Notes: generated by a model from the letters alone, not told the origin. 63,424 nucleotides of DNA, filler included, from Octopus bimaculoides (GCF_001194135.2; 6 parts of 6 records of this genome joined end to end with filler, not necessarily neighbours in it), one strand, 5' to 3'; shown: positions 13,126 to 26,605, counted from the whole stretch's first letter. Program-made: numbers and translations.

Positions 13126-13303
13126 CAATATATATCTGTACATATAAATTTGACATGGGCGATTCTTGTATATTTTCTTGTCTTGGGATTCATTGTCAAA
13201 CGGCTGGGTGGAATTGCGCGAAAAATCACATTGATGTGTAGAATGATCCGGTGGTGTTTCTGGGCTTTGTATTTTTTCATTGCTCCCAGGGTTACCAAGA
13301 TAA

Positions 13304-13806
13304 TCTACTATAATAATACTCTTGTGTTTATGAAAGAGAAAGGAAGGGGTGATAGATGAATAAGGAAGGAAGGGGTGATGTCATAATTGGTAGTGGGATG
13401 ATGAAAATTGTACGCTGAAAAAATAAATCAAACAACGTTTCAACTGGTTGAATATATGTGTGTGTATGTAAAAGGTGGGTATGTGAATGTGTGTGTGCGT
13501 GTGCGCGCGCAATGGAAGTGGGATGGTTAACATTCAACGCTGAAAAGGAAAATCAAACAGCGTTTCAACTCTGTGTATTTGGTATTTATTTACCATCTCT
13601 TGTGACCTTAAGGCAGACAAGAAGGAAGGAAAACTTTAAAATTCATTTGAAGGAAAGAAGCAGTCAAAGGATGTTAGTTGCGGATAGATTTTTCACAAAA
13701 TATTAGTAATAAAAGAATTATTAAACCAAAATCTTGGTTTTGTACCTTATTTATATGTAAAATACTACAATTAGCCGTCATTTTTGACGGCACGGGACCC
13801 AGCTAG
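13304..13806 (+). mobile_element. Non-autonomous Helitron
   Basis: 5' A/TCTACTATAATAAT; 3' hairpin GCCGTCA-TTTT-TGACGGC (13774-13791) then CTAG/T (13803-13806); A-T insertion site, no TSD. Confidence 0.75.
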
Positions 13807-13809
13807 TAT

Positions 13810-13846
<37 letters not shown>

Positions 13847-14437
13847 AATATATATATAAAACGGCAGCATTACCACCGAGATAATCTCAGACTGTTCTAT
13901 ATCTAATAACATATCTAAGCAGATAAGGTTAAAAAGTCCCATTGCTTCACAACTGATTCTGTCAGTTTTATCTTACCGAGCATTTACCTCTAGCTTTAGT
14001 GTCAAATAATTGATCAAATTAAAGCTTACATCAAACTAGACGAGACTTTCACGCCTGAGTCATATTATCTTCGCCATTATGTATCCACTACGTTAAGACT
14101 ATCATTTCTGCTCCAGATCGATCACTCCATTAACTTATATAAACTATATTTAGCATAAAGGAATTAATTCTAATTCGGCCTAAGTCTTAATATATAATAA
14201 TCTGAATTGAACGTTTCTGATAAACTGCATGGCATAAAATCAGTAAGAATTGAGTAATTACCTCAAATCAGTTTATTTCACATTAAGCGAACTATGGCTA
14301 GGAACGAGATTGCACACGTAAACTACTGCTACTTTTTCACATTCACTAATATAACTTGTTTGATTAAGAAGTGAGGAATTTTAAACAGACGTGATATTTC
14401 TCTTTCTGTCAATTTATTAGTCTAAGATTCGTTATAA

Positions 14438-14583
14438 GCGTAGGTGCGGCTGTCTGGTAAGAAGCAAGCTCCCCAACCACATGGTTCCGCGTTCAGTCGA
14501 ACTGCGCGCCACTTCTGCTATAGCCTCTGGCCGATCAAAGCTTTGTGAGTGGATTTGGTAGACAGCAAGTGAAAGAAACCTGT

Positions 14584-14600
<17 letters not shown>
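14438..14600 (+). mobile_element. SINE family A, 5' half
   Basis: Diverged head and core, followed by microsatellite and gap. Confidence 0.8.
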
Positions 14601-14633
<33 letters not shown>

Positions 14634-15434
14634 TATATACACACACATACATACATAAATACATACATATGTATGTATATATATATATATATNNNNNNNN
14701 NNNNNNNNNNNNNNNNNNNNNNNNNNNNNNNNNNNNNNNNNNNNNNNNNNNNNNNNNNNNNNNNNNNNNNNNNNNNNNNNNNNNNNNNNNNNNNNNNNNN
14801 NNNNNNNNNNNNNNNNNNNNNNNNNNNNNNNNNNNNNNNNNNNNNNNNNNNNNNNNNNNNNNNNNNNNNNNNNNNNNNNNNNNNNNNNNNNNNNGTCAAC
14901 GTTATATATAAAAATGTTCCTTAATCCCCTGAGATTGCAGATACTATTTCTGAATCTCTTTGATTCTTTAGATGTGCTGGCCTCCTGGTAATTAATCGAT
15001 ATTATTTAATATATGATTAATTACCATATTTTATAATAATGTATTACCCATTACCAATTTCTCATACTGAATATATACGACGCAGTAAATATTTTCTGCA
15101 GATATATTCCTGGAATTAGCGCGCCAAAACGAAGACTTTTGAATTTTACCATTAAGCTGTAATTAGCAGAACCATATACACGCGTACCCATGGCGGTGGA
15201 CAACTCTGTATACGATTCTGATGATTGCGGTTACATTACGAATCAAGCTGAAGAGGAATAGACAATCGGTAAGATTCGTTAAATCTTTTAGGTGATTTTA
15301 AATGTCTTGCCCGCTTACGTTTTGGTATGCTGCTATATTTCATGTTGAGAACAATTTAGGTCTTAATAGACACAAGATGTGATCTATTTCTAGCACATTA
15401 ATTGTCCACGTTAGTGGTCAACGTTATATATAAA

Positions 15435-15509
<75 letters not shown>

Positions 15510-15516
<7 letters not shown>

Positions 15517-15740
15517 GTGTGTGTGTTTGTGTTTGTGCCCCCATCGCGGCTTGGCAACCTGTGTCGATGTAGTTTACATCCACGTAACGTAGTGGTTCGG
15601 CAAAAAACATCGACAGAATAAGTACTAGACTTCAAAAACGTAAGTCCCGAAGTTGATTTGTTCGACTAAAAGTCTTCAGAGTGGTGTTCCAGCATGGCCG
15701 CAGTCAAATGATTGAAACAAGTAAACGAATGAAAAGAATG
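15510..15740 (+). mobile_element. SINE family A, 3' half
   Basis: GGTTCGGCAAAA..GAATAAGTACTAG..CCAGCATGGCCGCAGTCAAATG. Confidence 0.8.
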
Positions 15741-16094
15741 CCGGACAAAATATTTACCTACATATGTCTCGGCTCTTTACTTTCCGGGTTCAAATTCTAT
15801 CAAGGTCGGCTTTCCTTTTTATCCTTTGGGGTCTATGAAATAAGCACTAGTTGAATTTTTGAGTTGATGTGATCAACTTATGGCTTCCCTAAAATCGCTA
15901 CTGCCAAAATTTGTAACCATTAATTTATTAGTCTGGAACAGTGTTTCTAAACCATTTCTTACTTATGGACACTTTTAATTCCTACCTTACTTGGAGTGAA
16001 CCCTCAGCCGTTCGATGTTTTAAAAAAAATATCCTATTATATTTTTATACTTAAATATCATAAAGAATTGGATGATATTCTTTTATTTGGTTCA

Positions 16095-16297
16095 GCCATT
16101 TGATTGCGGCCATGCTGGAGCACCACTTTGAAATGTTTTAATGAAACAAATCGACCCCAGGTACTTATTTCTTGAAGTCTTGTATTTATTCTATCGCCTT
16201 CCTTTTGCCGAATCGCTAGGTTATGGGGACGTAAACATACTAACACCGGTTTTCAAGTGGTGATTGGTGGGACAAACACACGCACAAGGATACACAT

Positions 16298-16352
<55 letters not shown>

Positions 16353-16470
16353 GATAGATAGATAAATAGATAGATAGACTTTGGTTAGACCGAGGCTATA
16401 GTAGAAGACAATTGCTCAAGGTGTCACGCAGTGGGACTGAACCCAGAACCATGTGTTTGGGAAAAAAAAG
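16095..16470 (-). mobile_element. SINE family A copy
   Basis: Reverse complement of both halves around a CA/TA/GATA microsatellite. Confidence 0.8.
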
Positions 16471-16649
16471 TTAAAATATGTTGTGTATTGTAAAAGTATA
16501 ATCAATTTATTGCACATTAAGATCTTACATGAACCCCCAAGGATCATTTGAACCTCGACCACAGAGCTAGAATAAAGATTGTATGAAGGAATTTATTATT
16601 GATATTATTCTTTTCTTTTCTTTTTTTTATGGTACAACTTCATGCAAAA

Positions 16650-17000
16650 AGAAAGTAGTTGGGCATTTACTCAGAGGGTATTTGTGCTGGTGTGATTTGT
16701 GTGCAAATCTGTAGATCAGTGTCTGCTGGACAGGAGGATTCCACAAAGGAATTCATCGAGAATTCCGTTGAGCGGGAAGAATTCCTCAAGATCAAGGTAG
16801 TAAGAAGCACATTTGGATTGAGTGATAGTGCAGAGGCTTAGATATGAAGCATAATACAGGCGGTGGGAGGAGAAGAGAACGATGGGTCAAATCGACCTGT
16901 GTTAGAGAGGGTATACAGTTAGATAATTCAGAGGCCTAGAAGCATTGTAATGGGGAAAGAAGAAACGAAGAAGAGTAAGGAAGTTCGCATATGGCCGGAC
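16650..17000 (-). mobile_element. Decayed CR1/Jockey-like LINE 3' end
   Basis: Broken frames give ASELSNCIP and SRSTEFSMNSF..CPADTDLQI, resembling CSxELxxxIP and FPRTxxxWNSLP..DLQ. Confidence 0.4.
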
Positions 17001-17302
17001 ATTCTTTTGGAATCGAACATTTACTAATCAGTCAAAATGTTTTCTTTCTAGTCATTAACTGGGACGTTAGTGTGTGAATTAGAAGTTATCGTACCATATA
17101 TATAAGAAAAATAGTACTGAAAGATTGCTGTAATTTGCAGGAGGTCAGCGTCTCAAGAGGGCTCTAGTTATTTTCAGAGTTCAGTGAGAAACACCAGGTT
17201 TTGCAGTTTTGGCACAATCACAAGCAAACACACACACACGCGCGCGCATATATGATATATACGCATATGTATATAATTACGTGTATACATATATAATATA
17301 TA

Positions 17303-17386
<84 letters not shown>

Positions 17387-17744
17387 TATATACATATACA
17401 TATATATCTGTTTGTATACATGTATATATGTGTCTATATCTATAGTTATATAGAGAGAGATGCATATATAAACATATACTATATATATATATAAATATAT
17501 GTATGTATGTATGTATGTATATTCGGCAATTGCATCGTACCAGAGCCATTCTAGTAATTTGTTAACACCACACAAAGCGGTAACATTCGCTTTATTTCAT
17601 GATGTGCCAAAATTTAAATTTAAAATGAATTTAACTGCTTTGTGTGTTATTAGAGGCCAGAATGGCTCTTCTATGATCTCAGATCAAGTTATTTGCTTGG
17701 CAAGTATACTCACACACGCATGCACACACAGACACACACACGCA

Positions 17745-17802
<58 letters not shown>

Positions 17803-17997
17803 ACACACACACACAAATATATCTATCTCTATATGTACGGTATATGTGTATAAATGCATCTATCTGTCTGTCTATCTGTCAGTCAGCCTGCCTGTATATA
17901 TGTATGTGTAGCACGTATCGCTTTTACTTATTGGAAACCGCAAAACAATATTTAGGTACAGGTTTAGTAATGTTTAGGGCAAGTGTTTAGACAATAT

Positions 17998-18500
17998 AGG
18001 CGTAGGAGTGGCTGTGTGGTAAGTAGCTTGCTTACGAACCACATGGTTCCAGATTCAGTCCTGACCAGATTCAGTCCGACCAAAGCTTTGTGAGTGGGTT
18101 TGGTAGACGGAAACTGAAAGAAGTCCGTCGTATATATATATANNNNNNNNNNNNNNNNNNNNNNNNNNNNNNNNNNNNNNNNNNNNNNNNNNNNNNNNNN
18201 NNNNNNNNNNNNNNNNNNNNNNNNNNNNNNNNNNNNNNNNNNNNNNNNNNNNNNNNNNNNNNNNNNNNNNNNNNNNNNNNNNNNNNNNNNNNNNNNNNNN
18301 NNNNNNNNNNNNNNNNNNNNNNNNNNNNNNNNNNNNNNNNNNNNNNNNNNNNNNNNNNNNNNNNNNNNNNNNNNNNNNNNNNNNNNNNNNNNNNNNNNNN
18401 NNNNNNNNNNNNNNNNNNNNNNNNNNNNNNNNNNNNNNNNNNNNNNNNNNNNNNNNNNNNNNNNNNNNNNNNNNNNNNNNNNNNNNNNNNNNNNNNNNNN

Positions 18501-18554
<54 letters not shown>

Positions 18555-18760
18555 ATATGTATGTGTGTGTATGTGTTTGTGTGTTTGTATTTGACAACCG
18601 ATACTGTTGTGTTTACGTACCCGTAACTTAGCGGTTCGGCAAAACAGACCGATAGAATAAGTACTAGGCTTACAAAGAATAAGTCCTGGGTTTGATTTGC
18701 TCGAGTAAAAGCGGTGCTCCAGCATGGCCACAATCAAATGACTGAAACAAGTAAAAAACC
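17998..18760 (+). mobile_element. SINE family A spanning a sized gap
   Basis: Head at ~18000; 3' half resumes after the gap at ~18570. Confidence 0.85.
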
Positions 18761-18791
18761 AAAAGAGTAAATATCATCGACCCCACTTCTT

Positions 18792-19454
18792 GGATCTATT
18801 TTAAAACGGGGGCGCCAATATTTTCTTAACGAAACACTAACGAAACACTTTGAAACTTGGGACACTAGTAGAATGTGTCATATAAAACATCTTTTACTCT
18901 TAGTCTTCTTAACAAAAAAAAAGGAATTCGCAAGTTATTCCATGTTAAAGTTGTCGTATTTCTGTAATTTCAACCAATCACTGACGTCTATTCAGCTCAA
19001 TAGAGTTACTGCTGAGCGGTCATAAAAATGTTATTCCCTGTGACATATTTCATCCGGTTTAATCGTAATTTATACGAATATGTTGTTTATATAATAAATT
19101 ACGCTGTGCGTATCTATGTGTGTAACAATTTTAGAGTTCGGATTCTGGAGTTAGGGTTAGTTTTAGGGTTAGGGTTACGGTTACGGTTAACAGTCTAGTT
19201 AGGGTTAAGGTTAGGGGATTAATACGATATACACCGTTACAGCGCTAACTGTTTTCAACTGAATAGACGTCAGTGATTAGTAGAAATTATCGAAATAAGA
19301 CAATTTTTTACATGAAATAAATTCGAATACAAAAAATATTTTTCTGTTCTATAACACAAAATAGATAAGTATACGAAGTTTGAAAGTCTTTCCGTACCAA
19401 AAACACTACATAAAACATAAATGAAAACTGGCGCCCCCGTTTTAAAATAGATCC
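18792..19454. mobile_element. 663-bp MITE, perfect 26-bp TIRs, 8-bp TSD (Merlin-like termini)
   Basis: TIR GGATCTATTTTAAAACGGGGGCGCCA (18792-18817) and its exact reverse complement (19429-19454); CACTTCTT duplicated at 18784-18791 and 19455-19462. Superfamily assignment is inference. Confidence 0.9.
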
Positions 19455-19479
19455 CACTTCTTTTCTGTTATTTTATTTC

Positions 19480-20740
19480 ATCCACTCCTAAGGGATGTAC
19501 GGTAAAGTTAACTTCAGCGAGATTTGGACGCAGGGCAGAAACAACATGAAGAATTAATTTTACCCGATGCTCTAGCAATTATGGAAACTACCACTGCCCA
19601 GAAGTCCTCTTCTATTAATTTTTCAAACGTGTGTACAAAGTCAGTCATCTTTAGGGGAGAATGTTAATCAATTACATCGATCCCAGCATTTGACCGGTAC
19701 TTCATTTTATCGGCTCCAAAAAGACGAAAAACTAACTTGACCCCAGACAGATTTCAGCTAAAAATGTAAAGTGCTGGAAGAAATGTTGCTTAGTAGTTAG
19801 CCCGACACGCAACTGATTTTGCCAGTTTGTCACCTTCATGATGTCTGATATAAGCACAGGGCCATTCGTTTTCGGGCACGAGGATAAGTTGATACCGTTA
19901 ACGTCAGTACTTATGTGGCATGCTATTTAATCGACCCAGGACGAGTGCATAAAGTAAAATTGACTTTGGTTGGATTATAATTCAGAGCGTAAAATACCTT
20001 CGGAAATACTGCAGGTCATTTTGTCCGAAACTCACAATTTCGACTACTACCACTATCCAACTGTCGTCTCTTAATAGTTCTTTTTATTATCGGTACAAAG
20101 CCTTAAATTCTACCCCAGCCCTCAACTAGCACTTATTTTATACAAACTGAAGGATGACAGGTAAAGTCGACCTCTGCAAAATTTGAACTTAAATACGAAC
20201 AAAATACCACTAAGCATTTTGTCCGGCGTGTAAACGATTCTGCCAGCTCACCGCCTTACGCCCTCTCCTAATAATAACTACAATGTCATTATTCATATTG
20301 GTTTCAAATATTGGCACAAAGCTAGCAATTTCGGGAGAGGAAGTAAATAAATTATATCGGCCCCAGTGCTCAAGTAGTACTTATTTTATCGAACCCGAAA
20401 TAATGAAATACCAAATAGTCAAATGCCAGCTCGAAAGAATTTGAGCTCAAAAGGTTAAGACAGACGAAATGCCGCTAAGCATTTGCCCGGCGTGCTAACG
20501 ATTCTGTCAGCTCTTATTCATGTTGGTTTCAAATTTTGGCAGAAGGCCAGCTAGTTGGAGGGTGGGGTTAAGTCAGTTGCATCTACCCCAGTGCTTAACC
20601 GATACTTATTTTATCGATCCCGAAAGGGAGGAAAGGCAAAGTCGACATCGGCAGAATTTGAACTTAGAATGTAAAGGAGGACGATATGGCGCTAAACATT
20701 TTGCCCGGCATGCTAACGATAGTGCTAGCTCACCATAATT
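19480..20740 (-). mobile_element. Head-to-tail array of ~5-6 SINE family B monomers
   Basis: Recurrent GTACTTATTTTATCGA..GTCGAC..AATTTGAACT..GCTAAGCATTT units spaced ~220-230 bp, same orientation. Confidence 0.75.
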
Positions 20741-21258
20741 AAATAACATTCCTCGTCACCCACGCATTATTTTATTTGCAATAAGGGTGTGGTTTGGTAG
20801 AATCGTTTCGTCGTCGAGGATATACTGTGTTGTATTTGAGCCAAGTCTTATGTTCTGCGCTCAAAATCTACAGAGGTTATCTATCTTTGTTTGTTTTTTG
20901 TTTTTTTTAATCCTACTGGGGGTGATAAAATAATGTATTACTTAAGAACAGTGGTCGAATTCGTCAACTCATTTATCCCCACTGAATTTCCGGCTAATGT
21001 CTCTCTGTTCGCAACAATTATTTCAATTTACAGAAACCGGATGCAAATGTGAAGCAAAAAACAAATAAAGATAAAGAGAAAGGACTGTCTCTTACAAATA
21101 AATTTTTAAAAAATTACTAAAGGGTAGTAAATTATATGTTAACAACACTTATAAAGAATGATAATAAATAATTAAATGAATACATAAATACATTATTTCA
21201 GACAGTGATTGAATTAAAGAGTGAGAGAAAAAAATATACGACGCAAATACAGACTGAG

Positions 21259-21313
<55 letters not shown>

Positions 21314-21337
21314 GTATATACGTACATATATATATAA

Positions 21338-21381
<44 letters not shown>

Positions 21382-21407
21382 GTATATACGTACATATATA
21401 TATAAAT

Positions 21408-21461
<54 letters not shown>

Positions 21462-21976
21462 ATATATATATATGTGATTATATGTGCGTGTCTGTGTGTG
21501 TCCATATGTGTATGCGTATTAGGTATATATAAAATATAAACAAAATACTGCGCACAAAAATGTCGTGATTTCTGTTCGTTTCTATTTTTTCGGTTTTTTT
21601 TTGTTGTTTTTTTTTTTTTGTTACAAAATATAATTTCGAAGTCAATTAAGGAAGCATTGTCAAAGAGTAAGACCGTAACTAATTATACTGATAGGACAAT
21701 CCAAACGGAAAAATTCAAATCAAATGGGAGTAATTGCCCAGCAAGGATTTTTTTTTTTTATCTTTATAGAAAACCATAAATTAGTTGAGTGACAGACAAA
21801 ATATTGCCACGTCTCTATTCATTCGGATTTCGAATCCCATCCAGGTCAGTTTTTACTTTTCATATCTTATGGTCAATAAAATAAATACCAAGTGAAGTAT
21901 CTGAACTACACACACACGCACACGCAAGTGTGTGTGTGTGTGTTTGCGCGTGTGTGTATTGATTAGATAGGATAAT

Positions 21977-22365
21977 ATTGTTGTTGGCACTCCGTCGCTT
22001 ACGACGTCGAGGGTTCCAGTTGATCCGATCAACGGAACAGCCTGCTCGTGAAATTAACGTGCAAGTGACTGAGCACTCCACAGACACGTGTACCCTTAAC
22101 GTAGTTCTCGAGGATATTCAGCGTGGCACAGTGTGACAAGGCTGACCCTTTGTATTGCAGGCACAACAGAAGCAGGAAGTAAGAGTGAGAGAAAATTGTG
22201 GTGGAAGAGTACAGCAGAGTTCGCCACCATCCCCTGCCGGAGCCTTGTGGAGCTTTTTAGGTATTTTCGCTCAATAAACACTCACAACGCCCGGTCTGGG
22301 AATCGAAACCGCGATCCTATGACCGCGAGTCCGCTGCCCTAACCACTGGGCCATTGCACCTCCAC
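21977..22365 (-). mobile_element. tRNA-derived SINE family C
   Basis: Minus-strand head GTGGAGGTGCAATGGCCCAGTGGTTAGGGCAGCGGACTCGCGGTCATAGGATCGCGGTTTCGATTCCC (A and B boxes); ends in ACAACAATA. Confidence 0.9.
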
Positions 22366-23407
22366 ATAGGATAATATATCTAAGTGGGTACTGTTCAAGC
22401 ACTTAATTATAATCCATAGATATAGCTAATCACATCGAGTAGTAAGGAACAACTGAGACTATTTGTGGTAAGCAATCCCAATATACTTCACACAATGGGG
22501 AAAACCTGGATTTGCTTCTCTGGATTATAAATAGTTTACCGAGTGCATATCCAAGAAAATAATTACGAATACGGAGATTATAAATCTGCGCTTCTTTTAT
22601 TTCTACAATCATTCATACAACATATTTAATTTAAATCTGTCTGACGTACGTTTCTGCTGCATAGACATCACGCTGTTGCATTTGCTCCCAGTTACACTCA
22701 TCTGGTTTGTAGTCTATGGATCTTTACTCAAAGTTGGATCACTGTCGTAGTTTGAAATGTGTAGTTTTGATATTTGGTCGAGAACTACAGTTTTTGAATG
22801 CAAAGAATGTGAGCGGAAACATTTTGAAAACTGATACGGCTATAAAACTGTTATATTGACCTTATAATGAACCTAGGTTTGAATTCCCAATGATGAATAT
22901 TAGATGCTAAATTAGGTTAGAGTATATCTGAACCATTAGCTTCAGTTGAATTAGAAATTAATGAGTTTCAGAGATATATGTGTACAATTAGGAGTCACTA
23001 AGTCAGATATAATTTACAAACATGAGATATGTAGAACTTACTTGTAAAGCCGATCCTAATCTTTATATAAATCAAGTTTCAATTTACGTGTAGATTTCGC
23101 TGTCCTAGATCTGCAGATTGTTGTTTTACATGTGGAGAATACTAATTACTACTGTCATAAGCAAACTAGATATCACATTGATATTTCCATAGAAAGGGTA
23201 TATATACACACAGCACGAAATTTTGTCAGTGAAGAGGTCGCAGTTTCAAAGCGACGAAAATATATTGACAAATAAAATTTAAATGTTGAAGTGGATCTAA
23301 CGGTTTTGTGTGTTTTTAAATGGTTTATAAACACCTTCCACGCAACAATTGTTTTTCTTTCAGCACACGATCTCAGATCAAGTCACTTGCTATACAAGTA
23401 CATCTCC

Positions 23408-23445
<38 letters not shown>

Positions 23446-24077
23446 NNNNNNNNNNNNNNNNNNNNNNNNNNNNNNNNNNNNNNNNNNNNNNNNNNNNNNN
23501 NNNNNNNNNNNNNNNNNNNNNNNNNNNNNNNNNNNNNNNNNNNNNNNNNNNNNNNNNNNNNNNNNNNNNNNNNNNNNNNNNNNNNNNNNNNNNNNNNNNN
23601 NNNNNNNNNNNNNNNNNNNNNNNNNNNNNNNNNNNNNNNNNNNNNNNNNNNNNNNNNNNNNNNNNNNNNNNNNNNNNNNNNNNNNNNNNNNNNNNNNNNN
23701 NNNNNNNNNNNNNNNNNNNNNNNNNNNNNNNNNNNNNNNNNNNNNNNNNNNNNNNNNNNNNNNNNNNNNNNNNNNNNNNNNNNNNNNNNNNNNNNNNNNN
23801 NNNNNNNNNNNNNNNNNNNNNNNNNNNNNNNNNNNNNNNNNNNNNNNNNNNNNNNNNNNNNNNNNNNNNNNNNNNNNNNNNNNNNNNNNNNNNNNNNNNN
23901 NNNNNNNNNNNNNNNNNNNNNNNNNNNNNNNNNNNNNNNNNNNNNNNNNNNNNNNNNNNNNNNNNNNNNNNNNNNNNNNNNNNNNNNNNNNNNNNNNNNN
24001 NNNNNNNNNNNNNNNNNNNNNNNNNNNNNNNNNNNNNNNNNNNNNNNNNNNNNNNNNNNNNNNNNNNNNNNNNNNNN

Positions 24078-24137
<60 letters not shown>

Positions 24138-24326
24138 CTATAGTGCCAATTTAAAACACGAAGCAGAGGCAAAAGGATAAACTCTGAGTTAGTATTAGTT
24201 TGACGCTCAGGAAATAAGTAAAGAGAAGGGTACGTTTTTTACGTTTCAAGTATTTACTTTTTCCCGAAACAAAGAGAGAAAAAAGAAATAGAAACGTATT
24301 TGTATCCAACTATTATGGTAATACAC

Positions 24327-24361
<35 letters not shown>

Positions 24362-24619
24362 TTTATATTTGCGAATGGATAGTTATTCTAAGAGATACCA
24401 TTGAATATTATTCAAGCAACATTATAATGTATCGAAATAATAATCACTATAATGATATTTGTTGTGAAACTGTTAAGCCTGTGTGCAGTACCTTTTGAAG
24501 AATTTTGGCACAATCTACATTTTCTTCACATTTTGTTCGGTATGAGAACATTATGATTCTCTTTATTCAACAAGTATTTAGCGGCGATCTCATGCTATAG
24601 GGTTGAAATCTCATAATTT

Positions 24620-24880
24620 ACAGAATGTCATGTGATTCAGCATCACAATTCCTCTTCAGAACCTCAAATGCTTTCACGCTCAACAATTGGTAACCCTCTA
24701 TAAAGCTCAAATGGGCCCACCGTAGTGTACAGCTTCCATATTTGGAACAGTGCCGCTAGATACGGACATATTGGACAGCATTAAAGAAATGCCGTTCGAA
24801 TGAATAGCGTTAGAGTTAGTCTCCATAAATCATCAATATGTCCCACAGTTGTGGTGTCTGCACCCTCCTCCTCACTCCTC
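24620..24880 (+). mobile_element. Decayed CR1/Jockey-like LINE RT C-terminal remnant
   Basis: QQLVTLYKAQMGP..YSFHIWNSAA..ILDSI resembles LYKxxxRPxLEYxxxIW..LDxIQ. Confidence 0.45.
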
Positions 24881-25739
24881 TTCTCTCTTCCCCCTCTTCC
24901 CCCCTCTTTATTTCTGCTTATTCTGTCAATAGTACTATAAAATTTGTTATTCGTAGAATACTAGCGTTGTACCACCTGCACTCACTTATTCCTGACTTAC
25001 TCGTTTTATTTTCTTCCCGTCATTAACTAGAACGTCAGTCCTCTAAAAAATTCTTACCCGGAACAAATCTTTCTCGCAGTTACTGACGGGCAAATTGTTC
25101 GAGTGAGTGACTAACGGTATCAATCAAGTGGTCAAACTCTCAGACCACTCTCTTCAGAGTAGGACTAATAATGAAAATACATACCCGATTAAAGACGAAT
25201 AAAGAGAATACCCGATTAAAGTCTTCTCGCTGTTCCGAGTGTTTCATTATAACAACATACATACCAGTATATGAAATGGATTTTAGTGAAAATAGTAAAG
25301 TAGCCATTGATATTTGTTCCATCATAACTCCGATCATAACAGCCTGCCCGTGAATTTAACAGACTCGTGAAACCTTAACGTTGTTCTCAGAGATTCAGTA
25401 TGACACTAAATGTGAAAAGGCTGGTCCTTTAAATTATAGGTACTGCTAACTTTTGCCAGCTAAGTAAACTGGAACGTGAAATAAAATGTCTTGTTCAAGG
25501 ACACAACACACTGCCGGGTTTCGAACTCACCACCTTACGATCATGTGCCGAATACCCTAACCACTAAACCACGCACCATCACTGACATTTATACAGAGCA
25601 ACAACAAAAATATAACGCAAGATATTGTTAAATCAACTACCGTATTTAATTTCTTGTTCGTAATGTCATAAGTGAATATAATGATGATAAAACGGTAGTG
25701 TGTTTTAATGAGCTTAAAAGTAGCTAACGAGGTTTTGAG

Positions 25740-25980
25740 GTGTTTCATTGTATCTATTCGATGGACAGATTTTAATAGCTGAGAATGACAAGGTATGGAT
25801 AGAGTGGGACGTAATGATCCAATGTGATCATGAGATTGAACACCAGACATAATGGCTGTGAATAAAGAAAAACGAAGTCTGTTTAATAACATATTGCATG
25901 CCCTGGTTACAACCGAGTATCAGAAAGAGAAAAAGTGAAGCAGATCAGCTCTGATGGTCTGAAGTAGGAAATAAAAAGAC
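25740..25980 (+). mobile_element. Old R4/Dong-like LINE endonuclease fragment
   Basis: ENDKVWIEWDVMIQCDHEIEH..PDIMAVNKEKR, matching the WD..I..D..I..RRPDI restriction-like endonuclease motif. Confidence 0.6.
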
Positions 25981-26347
25981 TGTAGTCATTACATAGTGTC
26001 ATTAATAAAGAATACAAGTATTAATCACATAAACTCGATTGAAAGGATAGCAATAAATGTGCAAAAAATGTGAAGCAAAATGTGATAGCCATAAATGTGA
26101 AGATAGAGCGTATAGAGAAAACGGCGTCACATAGAACTGCACCGATCCTACTCAGTTTTCTCAAAATCTGGATGAAATGTGTTACTTTGTCCAAAAGGTG
26201 TGGACAGCGGATACTTTGTTACATTCTCTGGTGAAGTTTCTGCGTTAAACAAGATAATAATACAAATAATAACAACCGAAGTAACTACGGCGAAATCGAT
26301 GGTTCCAGAGTTGTAATTTAACTGATGTAATGCTTTTTTTTATTCCT

Positions 26348-26393
<46 letters not shown>

Positions 26394-26493
26394 NNNNNNN
26401 NNNNNNNNNNNNNNNNNNNNNNNNNNNNNNNNNNNNNTTAATTAATTAANNNNNNNNNNNNNNNNNNNNNNNNNNNNNNNNNNNNNNNNNNNN

Positions 26494-26563
<70 letters not shown>

Positions 26564-26605
26564 TAATAATAATAATAATAACAGCAACAACAACAACAAC
26601 AACAG
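26494..26605. repeat. (AAT)n + (AAC)n microsatellite at 5' junction of R4-like LINE
   Basis: Direct read. Confidence 0.95.

Noticed and set aside
13141-13303. Open minus-strand frame ([13 protein letters not shown]...) as a candidate exon
   Set aside because: Its apparent acceptor is supplied by the Helitron 5' end; no good donor and no domain similarity.
15190-15275. Plus-strand ATG (MAVDNSVYDSDD...) followed by GTAAGA donor
   Set aside because: In-frame stop before the donor and no partner exon found.
22650-22715. Minus-strand QQRDVYA, reminiscent of the KHD DVYS motif
   Set aside because: Flanking residues do not fit (no APE before, no FGII after), and the intervening KHD exons are absent.
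26148-26239. Good minus-strand acceptor (..TTTAACGCAG) as possible exon 12
   Set aside because: In the required phase 0 it reads KLHQRM*; other frames have no kinase motif; it lies two artificial joins away from exon 11.
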